Virus record (IMG/VR): IMGVR_UViG_3300008450_000004
Span: 32,001 to 96,000 of that record
Reading direction: 5' to 3' (one strand)
DNA length: 64,000 nt
Origin: a virus
Positions 20,796 to 30,857 of this stretch are shown here, piece after piece (position 1 is the stretch's first letter; each line of letters starts with the position of its first letter). The position numbers and the translations under genes were made by a program. Below the pieces are notes generated by a model, which saw only the letters and a list, made by a program, of their open reading frames with translations, made no database searches and was not told where the DNA came from.

Positions 20796-21434
20796 ATGGC
20801 AAACGGAATTTATAAAGTAACAGAAGATTTTGAAACAGCATTAGGAAAATATACTGGTGCTCCTTATGTTATAACTGTTGATAATCAATCAAATGCTCTA
20901 TTTTTAGCATTGATGTATGAAAATGTTAAAGGAAAAGAAATTACTATTCCTTGTCGTACATACCCCTCAGTACCTTGTGAAATAATTCATGCCGGTGCTA
21001 AAGTAAATTTCAAACCAGTTAAAGGCACTACAATCAAAGGAGCATACCAGTTAGAACCAACCAACGTTTGGGATTCAGCATTATCATTTACTGCGGATAT
21101 GTACAAACCTGGTACTCATATGTGTGTTTCATTTACAGGTCCCTATAAACATTTTAAATTATCCAAAGGAGGAGCTATATTGACTGATAATGAAGAAGCA
21201 TATCTTTGGTTTAAAAGAGCAAGATACTCAGGACGTAGAGAGTGTTCATATCATGAAGATAATCTTGATATGATAGGTTGGAATTTTTATATGATGCCTG
21301 AATTAGCTGCTAGAGGATTACTTTTAATTGGACAGTTTTATAATATGGATGGTACTAAAAAACATAATGCTGATTTAGAATTACCATACCCAGATTTATC
21401 ACAATTTGAAGTTTATATAAAAGCTAATAGATGA
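20796..21434 (+). CDS. short DegT/DnrJ/EryC1/StrS aminotransferase-like protein
   Basis: FETALGKYTGAPY, NALFLAL, WDSA, SFTGPYK...GGAILTD, GWNFYM. Confidence 0.75.
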   Translation: MANGIYKVTEDFETALGKYTGAPYVITVDNQSNALFLALMYENVKGKEITIPCRTYPSVPCEIIHAGAKVNFKPVKGTTIKGAYQLEPTNVWDSALSFTADMYKPGTHMCVSFTGPYKHFKLSKGGAILTDNEEAYLWFKRARYSGRRECSYHEDNLDMIGWNFYMMPELAARGLLLIGQFYNMDGTKKHNADLELPYPDLSQFEVYIKANR

Positions 21435-22312
21435 AAAATAAAGTAGTTATACAAATATTCCCTATGGTAAATGAAATAGATTACCTAGAACGAACTTTAT
21501 TATTACTTAAACAATCGTCAGTATACGTAGACAAAGAAAAATTTCATATTATACTAGACATAACACTCCCCACATCAGATTATCTTACAAATTGGAATGA
21601 TTCTATTTTAAAACAAGATTATTTTATTAATAAATTTAAAAATCTTGAAAAATACGCTGATTGGTGTGATGAATATTATTTTAATGTAGATGATAAAGTA
21701 AAAGGATGTGTAGATTGTTGTATAAACAATATCTACAAGTATCCTAATGTAGATGATATGATATGGTTAGATATAGATATAGTATTTAATCCTTATACGT
21801 TAAATTTAGTTTTAGAATCATCTTTAGAAGTTAAACAAATTCAACAAAATTATATTATTACTCCTGAGTATGTTAAATTATGGGATAGTACCTGGGATTC
21901 TGTAGTTAGTGATACTTTTATGAATGAACCATATGGTTATGAAAAAACTAATGATTCTATAATTGATACTATTACTACCTATGGTGATATAACCCTGGAA
22001 TCATCTGGGGTGTATAAATGGGGTGGTTCTTGGTTTACTTTATATTCTAAAAAATTACTAGACTACATCCAGTTTCCTAGAGACATAGAAGGATACAGTC
22101 CTATAGATACTTTTATAATGGAGTGCTGCAAATACATTCCTAATACTACTCAATATAAAATAAAAAATCTTGTAGTAGCCGAAGATTATAAATACATTGA
22201 TAGAACATTATATAGCACCTATTTAAAATCTATCAATAGAAAACAAGATCTATCTCAGATAGGATGGGATAAAATGGTTAATCATCTAAAAAATAATATA
22301 CTTAAACGATGA
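21431..22312 (+). CDS. putative GT-A fold glycosyltransferase
   Basis: IWLDIDIVF DxD; GGSWFTL; within glycosylation cluster. Confidence 0.5.
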   Translation: MKNKVVIQIFPMVNEIDYLERTLLLLKQSSVYVDKEKFHIILDITLPTSDYLTNWNDSILKQDYFINKFKNLEKYADWCDEYYFNVDDKVKGCVDCCINNIYKYPNVDDMIWLDIDIVFNPYTLNLVLESSLEVKQIQQNYIITPEYVKLWDSTWDSVVSDTFMNEPYGYEKTNDSIIDTITTYGDITLESSGVYKWGGSWFTLYSKKLLDYIQFPRDIEGYSPIDTFIMECCKYIPNTTQYKIKNLVVAEDYKYIDRTLYSTYLKSINRKQDLSQIGWDKMVNHLKNNILKR

Positions 22313-22896
22313 AAAGAGCATTAATAGGAGCAGGAGGTCATGCACAAGAAGTAAGAGCACATATGGGTGATTTTACTATGAAATGCTTTGTAGATGATCA
22401 ATATTGGGAATTAAATAAAGATTATATTTTTCCTTTATCTAAATTTGATCCTAATGAATATGAAGTACTAGTTGCTGTAAGTAATAGTAAAGATAGATAT
22501 AACATAGTTAATAAATTACCCAAGGAAACAAAATACTTTACATACATTCACCCTTCAGCTCAAATATTATCTCCAGTTAGTATAGGAGAAGGTTCATTTG
22601 TAGGAGCTAATTGTATTTTAACTTATAATATAACCATAGGTAAACATGCTATATTAAACAGAGCAATTCATGTTGGACATGATTGTAAAATAGGTAATTA
22701 CTTTAGCGCTATGCCTGGATCTATAGTATCAGGTAATGTAACAATACAAGATTATGTCTATTTAGGTACCAATTCATCAATTAGAGAAAAATTATCAATC
22801 CATAATTCAGTAACAATAGGATTAAATTCCGGGGTAATAAAAAATATTGAAGAACCAGGGACATATGTTGGTGCTCCCGCTAAAAAAATAAAATAA
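22309..22896 (+). CDS. NeuD/PglD-like sugar acetyltransferase
   Basis: IGAGGHA, IHPSA, hexapeptide repeats, HVGHDC, YVGAPAK. Confidence 0.9.
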   Translation: MKRALIGAGGHAQEVRAHMGDFTMKCFVDDQYWELNKDYIFPLSKFDPNEYEVLVAVSNSKDRYNIVNKLPKETKYFTYIHPSAQILSPVSIGEGSFVGANCILTYNITIGKHAILNRAIHVGHDCKIGNYFSAMPGSIVSGNVTIQDYVYLGTNSSIREKLSIHNSVTIGLNSGVIKNIEEPGTYVGAPAKKIK

Positions 22897-23792
22897 TGAA
22901 AATATTCGCTAATTTTCGATCAGCTGAAGAAGATGTAACATTTAATATACTAAAAGAAAAATTTAGTGATAAACCTATTACTTTCTTTTATGATTATATC
23001 CCTCAAAATATATCTGAACTACAATTAAATCCTTATAATTTTATTATGGTTCATGAACCAAATGAATTTTTTGGAATGCATAGTTGGGTAAAACAAAATC
23101 ATCATTTGTTTAATATAATATTAACATGGAATAGAGATATATTAGACAATTGTGAAAATGCTTATACATTTACTTGTAATTATCAACAAGATTCTCATGA
23201 ATATTATAACTCACTATTAAATACTGAAAAAATCTTTGAAGTATCATTTTTAAGTGGTACCAAAACTATATCAGATGGACATAAATTTAGAAATGAATTA
23301 TATCAAATAAAAGATCAAATTCTTATACCTAAAAAATGGTTTTACGTACTAGAAGATTTTGATACAGAACATAATGTTAGACCAGGATATAATGAATACT
23401 CCAAAGATCTATCTCATTTACCAGAACATCTAAAAAAGATTCCTCAAGTATATGGTAAAAGAATATGTTATGATAAACCAATGTTTCATGTTTGCGTTGA
23501 AAATGTAAAACAAGATAATTGGTATACTGAAAAAATAGGAGAAGCTTTTTGTACTAAAACAGTCCCAATTTACTGGGGTTGTTCGAATATAGGGGATTAT
23601 TATGATTCAAGAGGTATCATTACATTTGATACTAAAGAAGAATTAATAGACATAGTTAATAATTTAACTCCTGAAAAATATTATAAAATGAAACCATATG
23701 TTGATTTTAATTTTGAAGTTGCATTACATGATTCATTTACAAGTAAACTAGTTATGTTTTTTGAAGAAATAACTAAAATTAATAATATCTAA
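22896..23792 (+). CDS. GT10 (fucosyltransferase-like) glycosyltransferase
   Basis: FHVCVEN...WYTEKI.EAF...TVPIYWG. Confidence 0.75.
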   Translation: MKIFANFRSAEEDVTFNILKEKFSDKPITFFYDYIPQNISELQLNPYNFIMVHEPNEFFGMHSWVKQNHHLFNIILTWNRDILDNCENAYTFTCNYQQDSHEYYNSLLNTEKIFEVSFLSGTKTISDGHKFRNELYQIKDQILIPKKWFYVLEDFDTEHNVRPGYNEYSKDLSHLPEHLKKIPQVYGKRICYDKPMFHVCVENVKQDNWYTEKIGEAFCTKTVPIYWGCSNIGDYYDSRGIITFDTKEELIDIVNNLTPEKYYKMKPYVDFNFEVALHDSFTSKLVMFFEEITKINNI

Positions 23793-23805
23793 ACAATAAA
23801 AATAT

Positions 23806-24540
23806 ATGACCTCTATTAAAAAATTAACCATTGAAACTACAGAATCTACATCTGAATTATGCCATATAATGGCTTCTTATAAAACAGATAAGTCCCCATT
23901 AGTAAGTCCTCTTCTTGGGCGCCTTGAAAATGATAATCGAAACTTTATGGTTGACGATTACTTTTATCCATCTGCTGAATATGCACACGCCTATACTGGT
24001 GTTTATGATTTCTTATTTTCTCCTTTTAGAAATAAAAAAATAAAATTAGGTGAAATAGGAGTTCATTTTAATCACTCAATACGAGGATGGAGAGAATGGT
24101 TTCCTAATGCTGAAATTCACGGATTTGAATGGGTAGAACAGTTTATAACAAATGCTAGAGCTGAGAATATACCTAATGTTTATTATCATTATACAAATGT
24201 ATTTGAAAAAGATGCTATTGATAAATCAATGATTGAAGCTGGGGGTGGGTTTGATATTATTATTGAAGACAGTTGCCATCTTTTAGAAACTCAAGTAAAT
24301 GTTGTAGAAACAGCACACAAATATCTCAATCCAGGAGGAATATTAATTATTGAAGACATCTACCCCATTATAAAAAATAAAGATGATAGAGGCCATGGAG
24401 ATTACTTAGAAGAAGAATTCTCAGATGCTATAGAACCATTTAAACAATATTATTCTAATATTATATTTGTAAATGCTCAGCATAAATACAAATATACTGG
24501 ATTATATGGAGATGTTAGAATGTTAGTTTTGTACAAATAA
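23806..24540 (+). CDS. class I SAM-dependent (sugar O-)methyltransferase
   Basis: TDK..H.Y..Y, GEIGV, WFPNA, FDIIIEDSCH, LNPGGILIIEDI. Confidence 0.75.
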   Translation: MTSIKKLTIETTESTSELCHIMASYKTDKSPLVSPLLGRLENDNRNFMVDDYFYPSAEYAHAYTGVYDFLFSPFRNKKIKLGEIGVHFNHSIRGWREWFPNAEIHGFEWVEQFITNARAENIPNVYYHYTNVFEKDAIDKSMIEAGGGFDIIIEDSCHLLETQVNVVETAHKYLNPGGILIIEDIYPIIKNKDDRGHGDYLEEEFSDAIEPFKQYYSNIIFVNAQHKYKYTGLYGDVRMLVLYK

Positions 24541-24553
24541 AAATAAATAAAAA

Positions 24554-25492
24554 ATGAAAAAAGTTTTAATTACAGGAGGAGCTGGTTATTTAGGCTCCGT
24601 ATTAACAGAGGTATTATTAAATAAGGGATACCAAGTAACAGTAATAGATAATATTACATATAAACAAACATCAGTAGCACCTTTTACTTATAACAAAAAT
24701 TTTAAATTTGTTTTAGGTGATGTTAGAGATGAAAATTTACTATCATCATTAGTAACAACACATGATATTATTATTCCATTAGCTGCTATTGTAGGAATGC
24801 CAGCGTGTGAAGCTAATCCTCAATTAACTATTGATGTTAATTACAAACAAGTAAAAAACATTACAAAATGGGTTACCAAAGATCAAGTAGTATTAATCCC
24901 TAATACTAATAGTCAATACGGTTCATCAACTGAAATTATTACAGAAGATTCACCATTTAAACCACTTTCATTATATGCTGAAACTAAATGCGATGCTGAA
25001 AAAGCAGTATTAGATTCAGGTAATGGAATTGCTTTAAGATTAGCAACAGTATTTGGTATGTCATATAGAATGAGAATGGATTTATTAGTCAATGATTTTG
25101 TTTATAAGGCAGTAACAGATGGTTATTTAGTATTATTTGAATCTCATTTTATTCGTAACTACATTCATATTAGAGATATTGCTAATACATTCTTATTTAT
25201 GATTGAAAACTATGAAAAATGTAATAACAATGCCTTTAATGTTGGATTAACCTCAGCTAATTGTACTAAATTAGAATTAGCTCATAAAATCCAAAAATTC
25301 GTTCCTGATTTGGTTATTGTTGAAAATAATTTTAAGCAAGATTTTGATCAAAGAAATTATATGGTTTCAAATACTAAGTTGGAAAGTCAAGGTTGGGTAC
25401 CTACATTTACACTTGAAGATGGTATTGAAGAACTTATTAGTGGATACAAATTAATTACTAAATTTAAAAACAAAGACTTTACAAACTTATAA
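24554..25492 (+). CDS. NAD-dependent epimerase/dehydratase (extended SDR)
   Basis: TGGAGYLGS, YAETK (YxxxK), LRLATVFG. Confidence 0.9.
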   Translation: MKKVLITGGAGYLGSVLTEVLLNKGYQVTVIDNITYKQTSVAPFTYNKNFKFVLGDVRDENLLSSLVTTHDIIIPLAAIVGMPACEANPQLTIDVNYKQVKNITKWVTKDQVVLIPNTNSQYGSSTEIITEDSPFKPLSLYAETKCDAEKAVLDSGNGIALRLATVFGMSYRMRMDLLVNDFVYKAVTDGYLVLFESHFIRNYIHIRDIANTFLFMIENYEKCNNNAFNVGLTSANCTKLELAHKIQKFVPDLVIVENNFKQDFDQRNYMVSNTKLESQGWVPTFTLEDGIEELISGYKLITKFKNKDFTNL

Positions 25493-27033
25493 TGGATGTT
25501 TTATTTATAACCCCCGGAAACGCTAGTGGTATTTACCAAAATTTAGCAAATGATTATGCTGCTATTGAACCACCAACATGGGCTTTACTATTAGCCGAAT
25601 CTTGCCGATCAGTAGGGTATAAAGTAGGGTTAATAGATATTAATGCTGAACAGTTAGATAAAGATGAGGTAATAAATAGAATTAATACTTTTCAACCCCG
25701 TTTAATTTGTTTTGTAGTTTATGGACAGAATGTAAACGCAGGCACCGTAAATATGAGCGGTGCTACGTTTATGTCTAAGTATATTAAAGAAAAAAACATT
25801 AATATTCCTATTAGTTACTTAGGATCTTATCTTCAAGCATTGCCTATTAAAGCTATGAATGATGAACAATCAATTGATTTTGCTTTTACTAATGAAGGTG
25901 TTTATGCATTACGTAATGTACTCTCTAGACCTAATTTCATGAATGAATTGAGTGATATTAAAGGTATAATATGGAGAGACAATAATATTCCTAAAATAAA
26001 TCTATCTGAAATAGTAGTACCTAATGGAAAAATGGATACTGATCTTCCAGGCTATGCTTGGGATTTATTACCATTTAAAGAAAAACCACTTGATTTATAT
26101 AGAGCACCTATGTGGCATGCTGAGTATGATCAAAATAAGCGTTCACCATATGCTGCTATTCAAACCTCATTAGGGTGTCAATTTGGATGTGATTTCTGTA
26201 TGATTAATATATTAAATAGAAATAATGAAGATGAAATAGGTGTAGCTGGTAACTATAGTAATATGCGTCACTGGTCACCTGAGTTTATTATAAAAGAATT
26301 TGATAAATTAGTTGAATTAGGGGTACATACAATTAAAATAACAGATGAAATGTTTTTACTTAATAGGAAATATTATGTTCCTTTATGTGAAATGCTTCGA
26401 GATAGAGGATATGGTAAATTTTTAAGAATGTGGGCTTATTCACGTGTTGATACAATTAAACATCCTGATTTACTTAAATTAGTAAGAGAAGCTGGTATTA
26501 AGTGGTTGGCATTAGGGATTGAAAGTGGTGATAAAACAGTACGTTTGGAAGTATCTAAAGGTAGATTTGAAGATGTTGATATTGATAAAGTAATCCAACA
26601 TGTTCATGATGCTGATATTGAAGTAATGGCCAACTATATCTTTGGACTCCCAGGCGATAATAAAGAAAGCATGCAGAAAACCTTGGATTTGTCAAAGGAA
26701 TTATGTACATTCGGGTGGAATGCATATGCTGCTATGGCACTACCAGGAAGTAAATTATATAAAGAAGCTATTGATAAAGGAATCCCATTACCTGATACCT
26801 ATGAAGGATTCTCATTTCATGGTTACAATACATTCCCTTTACCTACAGAAACACTAACAGCAGCTGAAGTATTGGAATTTAGAGATAAAGCATTTGATGA
26901 ATATCACTCATATCCTCCGTTTTTAGAAAAAATTAAAAATAAATTTGGTTCTATAGCAGTTGATAATATTAATAAAATGTTACAAATTAAACTAACACGT
27001 AAAATTATAGAAAATGAAAAATCTTCTAACTAA
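25492..27033 (+). CDS. cobalamin-binding radical SAM enzyme
   Basis: N-terminal B12-binding-like domain, GCQFGCDFC, GIESG, YIFGLPGD. Confidence 0.85.
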   Translation: MDVLFITPGNASGIYQNLANDYAAIEPPTWALLLAESCRSVGYKVGLIDINAEQLDKDEVINRINTFQPRLICFVVYGQNVNAGTVNMSGATFMSKYIKEKNINIPISYLGSYLQALPIKAMNDEQSIDFAFTNEGVYALRNVLSRPNFMNELSDIKGIIWRDNNIPKINLSEIVVPNGKMDTDLPGYAWDLLPFKEKPLDLYRAPMWHAEYDQNKRSPYAAIQTSLGCQFGCDFCMINILNRNNEDEIGVAGNYSNMRHWSPEFIIKEFDKLVELGVHTIKITDEMFLLNRKYYVPLCEMLRDRGYGKFLRMWAYSRVDTIKHPDLLKLVREAGIKWLALGIESGDKTVRLEVSKGRFEDVDIDKVIQHVHDADIEVMANYIFGLPGDNKESMQKTLDLSKELCTFGWNAYAAMALPGSKLYKEAIDKGIPLPDTYEGFSFHGYNTFPLPTETLTAAEVLEFRDKAFDEYHSYPPFLEKIKNKFGSIAVDNINKMLQIKLTRKIIENEKSSN

Positions 27034-27622
27034 AGAACAATTAATTGCTTTTGAAACAGATATAGCAGATTGTTTTAATAATGCTATGATAAAAGCTCCT
27101 GTTCATCTATATGATGGAAATGAAGAACAAATGATTGATATTTTTAAAAAAGTCCAATCAGATGATTGGGTTTTTTGTACTTGGCGTTCACACTATCAAT
27201 GTTTATTAAAAGGTGTACCTCAAGAACAAGTTAAAAAAGATATTATAGATGGAAAATCTATTACATTATGTTATCCTGAATATAATGTATATTCATCTGC
27301 TATAGTAACAGGAAATATTCCTATTGCTACTGGTGTTGCTTTAGATATTAAACGTAAAAAAGGAACTAATCATGTTTGGTGTTTTGTAGGAGACATGACA
27401 TCTGAAACAGGTACTTTTTTTGAAAATTGGAAATATGCTGTTAATTATGATTTACCTATTACGTATGTAATTGAAGACAACAGCAAATCAGTTTGTACTG
27501 AAACTAAAAAAACATGGAACTCAGATAACTTGTTTTTTTCTAATGAAACAAGAAAAATTATTTATTATCAATACGAAACAAAATACCCTCACGCAGGTGC
27601 TGGTAAAAGAATCCAATTTTAA
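27014..27622 (+). CDS. ThDP-dependent enzyme, E1-alpha-like subunit
   Basis: APVHL, TWRSH, ThDP motif variant GDMTSETG...N..EDN. Confidence 0.8.
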   Translation: MKNLLTKEQLIAFETDIADCFNNAMIKAPVHLYDGNEEQMIDIFKKVQSDDWVFCTWRSHYQCLLKGVPQEQVKKDIIDGKSITLCYPEYNVYSSAIVTGNIPIATGVALDIKRKKGTNHVWCFVGDMTSETGTFFENWKYAVNYDLPITYVIEDNSKSVCTETKKTWNSDNLFFSNETRKIIYYQYETKYPHAGAGKRIQF

Positions 27623-27624
27623 TT

Positions 27625-28161
27625 ATGAAATATTTTGATGAATTAAAGCGATCTATGGATTGGCTTAGTGAAAAACCAGACACCCTATTCTTAGGACAGG
27701 CTGTGGAATATGCTGGAACTGCAATTACTAATACATTAAAAGATGTAGACAGAAATAAAATGCTTGAAATGCCCGTAAATGAAGATATGCAAATGGGCAT
27801 GACATTAGGTATGGCTTTAAATAACACAGTACCTATTTCTATTTACCCTAGATGGAATTTTTTATTATTAGCAGCTAACCAGTTAGTAAACCATATAGAT
27901 AAAATTAAAATTATGTCTGATGGTGGGTATGCACCTAAAATCATTATTAGAACATCTATTGGTGCACAACGCCCACTTCATCCTCAGCACCAACATATTG
28001 CTGATTTTACACCTGGTTTTAAAGCTATGTGTGATTGGGTTGATTTTATTAGATTAGATGAACCTTACCAAATTTTTGATGCATTTAAATATGCATATGA
28101 AAGAACAGATAACCGTCCAACTGTACTAGTTGAATGGGGAGATTACTACGGAGAAAAATAA
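27625..28161 (+). CDS. ThDP-dependent enzyme, E1-beta/transketolase pyrimidine-binding domain
   Basis: LFLGQAV, EMPVNE..MG...GMAL, NQLVNH, PQH; lacks C-terminal domain. Confidence 0.8.
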   Translation: MKYFDELKRSMDWLSEKPDTLFLGQAVEYAGTAITNTLKDVDRNKMLEMPVNEDMQMGMTLGMALNNTVPISIYPRWNFLLLAANQLVNHIDKIKIMSDGGYAPKIIIRTSIGAQRPLHPQHQHIADFTPGFKAMCDWVDFIRLDEPYQIFDAFKYAYERTDNRPTVLVEWGDYYGEK

Positions 28162-28164
28162 CAT

Positions 28165-29340
28165 ATGAATAACTTTTATTTACCTTTAATGAGTGATAAT
28201 ATTGATAAAGAAGATATCAATTCACTAATTGACTTTTTAAGTCAAGATCAAATACCTAAATTAACCAACGGACCTAAAGTCATTGAATTTGAAAACAAAT
28301 GGGGTGAATGGTTAGGAACTAAATATAATCTAATGGTTAACTCAGGAGCATCTGCTAATGAATTAACAATGTTAGCTTTAAATTACATACACGGCCAAGG
28401 TGAAATTATAGTACCACCACTTACTTGGATTTCAGATATTTCATCTGTTATTTTTAGTGGATTTAAACCTGTATTTTGTGATATTAATTTAAAGAATTTC
28501 TCATTTGATATTGATAAATTAAAACAAACAATCACACCTGATACTAAAGCTATATTCTTAACTCATGTATTAGGTATTAATGCTTTAACTGATGAGTTAA
28601 TTCAGTTATGTAAAGATAACAATATATTATTGATTGAAGATGTTTGTGAATCACACGGTGTAACATTTAAAGGACAAAAAGCTGGTTCAATTGGTTTTGC
28701 TTCTAATTTTAGTTTTTATTTTGCACATCATATGTCTACTATTGAAGGTGGAATGATCTGTACTAATGATGAATATTTTTATCAAGTATGTAGAGCATTA
28801 CGTTCTCATGGTATGACTAGAGAAATGACTGATAATAATTTAAAACAAGAAATCATTGAAAACCACCCTGATTTAAATCCAGATTTTATTTTCCTACACC
28901 CAGCACATAATTTTAGAAGTACTGAAATCAATGCAGTAATTGGTTTATCTCAAATTAAAAAATTAGATTCAAATAACACACATAGAATAGATAATTTTAA
29001 TTATTTTATGAGTAAACTAGATTCTAACAAATACCATACTGATATTGAATTAGAAGGTCAATGTAACTATGCTTTTATAATTGTATTAAAAGATGGTTCA
29101 TTTGAAATGAGAGATAAAGTAGAATCAACATTACGAGAAAAAGGTATTGAATTTAGAAGAGGCTTATCAGGTGGTGGTAATCAATTAAGACAACCATATT
29201 TTAAGAAAAACTATAACATCAACTATGATGATTTTAAAAATATGGATCATGTTCATCATTTTGGTTGGTATGTTGGTAATTACCCAACATTAGAAAGAGA
29301 AAAAATTGATACATTAATTAAAACACTAAACAATCTATGA
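28165..29340 (+). CDS. PLP-dependent NDP-4-keto-6-deoxyhexose 3-dehydratase-like (ColD/RfbH-type DegT family)
   Basis: VNSGASAN, EDVCESHG, FSFYFAHHMSTIEGG (His in place of the Schiff-base Lys). Confidence 0.8.
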   Translation: MNNFYLPLMSDNIDKEDINSLIDFLSQDQIPKLTNGPKVIEFENKWGEWLGTKYNLMVNSGASANELTMLALNYIHGQGEIIVPPLTWISDISSVIFSGFKPVFCDINLKNFSFDIDKLKQTITPDTKAIFLTHVLGINALTDELIQLCKDNNILLIEDVCESHGVTFKGQKAGSIGFASNFSFYFAHHMSTIEGGMICTNDEYFYQVCRALRSHGMTREMTDNNLKQEIIENHPDLNPDFIFLHPAHNFRSTEINAVIGLSQIKKLDSNNTHRIDNFNYFMSKLDSNKYHTDIELEGQCNYAFIIVLKDGSFEMRDKVESTLREKGIEFRRGLSGGGNQLRQPYFKKNYNINYDDFKNMDHVHHFGWYVGNYPTLEREKIDTLIKTLNNL

Positions 29341-29831
29341 GAATACCAGTACACCCAGATGTAAAGATTTATAACCACGATGTCCATTATGATTTTAGAG
29401 GTGAATTATGGACATTATGGAAAGAAGGCGAATTTCCTAGAACTGATGTTAAATTCAATCATGATAAGATTTCTACCTCAAGAAAACATGTTTTAAGGGG
29501 AATCCATGGTGATTCTAAAGCATGGAAGTTAGTAGAATGTCTTTATGGTGAGCTATATTTTGTTGTTGTAGATAATAGACCTGAATCAAAAAACTACAAG
29601 AATTGGACAGGTATGATGCTCTCAGACAAAACAAGACAATCAGTATTACTCCCCCCAGGATTTGGAAACGGATTTTTAGTAATGAGTGATCATTCAGTAT
29701 TTCATTATAAATGGGCATATGAAGGAAAATACCCAGATGTTGATGAACAATTTACATTAAAATGGAATGATCCTGAATTAGATATTGAATGGCCTATTGA
29801 TAACCCAATTTTACAAAAAAGAGATAAATAA
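29337..29831 (+). CDS. rfbC: dTDP-4-dehydrorhamnose 3,5-epimerase-like cupin
   Basis: DFRG, VLRGIH, VDNRPES, LPPGFGNGF, WNDPELDIEWP. Confidence 0.85.
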   Translation: MRIPVHPDVKIYNHDVHYDFRGELWTLWKEGEFPRTDVKFNHDKISTSRKHVLRGIHGDSKAWKLVECLYGELYFVVVDNRPESKNYKNWTGMMLSDKTRQSVLLPPGFGNGFLVMSDHSVFHYKWAYEGKYPDVDEQFTLKWNDPELDIEWPIDNPILQKRDK

Positions 29832-30310
29832 TGAATTTTAAAAATTTTATTAGAGAAGTTCCTGATTTCCCTAAACCAGGGGTTTCATTTAAGGATATAT
29901 CGCCTTTATTGCAATCACCTATGTTTCCTTATATTATTGCACAAATAAAAGCACTATCATCTATTCCTAATTATTGGGTAGGTATTGATTCTAGAGGCTT
30001 TATATTCGCCTCAGCCTTATCTATGTCTAGTGGAGGTGGATTAGTAATGTGTAGGAAAAAAGGTAAATTACCTCCTCCAGTTGTAAGTGAAACATACAGT
30101 TTGGAATATGGTGAAGATACATTAGAAATGCAACCTGGTAGAGGTACTGTAGTAATAGTAGATGATGTTTATGCTACTGGTGGTACTATGGATGCTGTTG
30201 AAAAATTATGTATTAAAGCAGGGTATAATGTTATAGATAAATTAGTATTAATTGATTTAAAATTTCTTCATGAACCCACAAATGTTAAGAGTTTAATACA
30301 GTATGAGTAA
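29831..30310 (+). CDS. apt: adenine phosphoribosyltransferase
   Basis: VPDFPKPGVSFKDISPLL, RKKGKLP, YSLEYG, IVDDVYATGGT. Confidence 0.92.
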   Translation: MNFKNFIREVPDFPKPGVSFKDISPLLQSPMFPYIIAQIKALSSIPNYWVGIDSRGFIFASALSMSSGGGLVMCRKKGKLPPPVVSETYSLEYGEDTLEMQPGRGTVVIVDDVYATGGTMDAVEKLCIKAGYNVIDKLVLIDLKFLHEPTNVKSLIQYE

Positions 30311-30857
30311 AGTTTTTATAATAGCACTAACAGATGAAACAGGTGGTGTTGGAGAGATAGGAAATTATCCTATTATATATAGTGGTGTTGGTAAAATTAA
30401 TGCTACTATGGCTGCTTATAATGCCTTTACTAAAGGATATACTGAGGTTATTAATATTGGGTCTTGTGGGTCATTAAAACATAAACCAGGAACAATAATT
30501 AAAGTAGGATCTGTATTTCAAGATATAGATGCTAGACCTTTATGTGAATATGGAGAAACACCATTTGAACCACAATATAAACAAGTAGTTTTAGATAGAA
30601 CTACCCTTTCTACTTGTTTTTCTACAGATTATTTCATAGATTTATCTCAGAAAGAAAAATATTCTAAAGAATACATCAAAATGGTAAATAATTGTGATAT
30701 ATTTGATATGGAATGTTTTGCTTTAGCTAAAGTATGTCATCGTTTCAACATTAAATTTAGCTCATATAAATGGGTTTCAGATAATGGTGATGGTGGTGAT
30801 TGGAAAGAAAATTGTAAAATAGGTTTTGAACAAGTAAAACGATTATTGAATGAGTAA
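30303..30857 (+). CDS. MTA/SAH nucleosidase-like (PNP/UDP phosphorylase family)
   Basis: SGVGKINA, INIGSCG, DMECFALA, KWVSD. Confidence 0.8.
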   Translation: MSKVFIIALTDETGGVGEIGNYPIIYSGVGKINATMAAYNAFTKGYTEVINIGSCGSLKHKPGTIIKVGSVFQDIDARPLCEYGETPFEPQYKQVVLDRTTLSTCFSTDYFIDLSQKEKYSKEYIKMVNNCDIFDMECFALAKVCHRFNIKFSSYKWVSDNGDGGDWKENCKIGFEQVKRLLNE

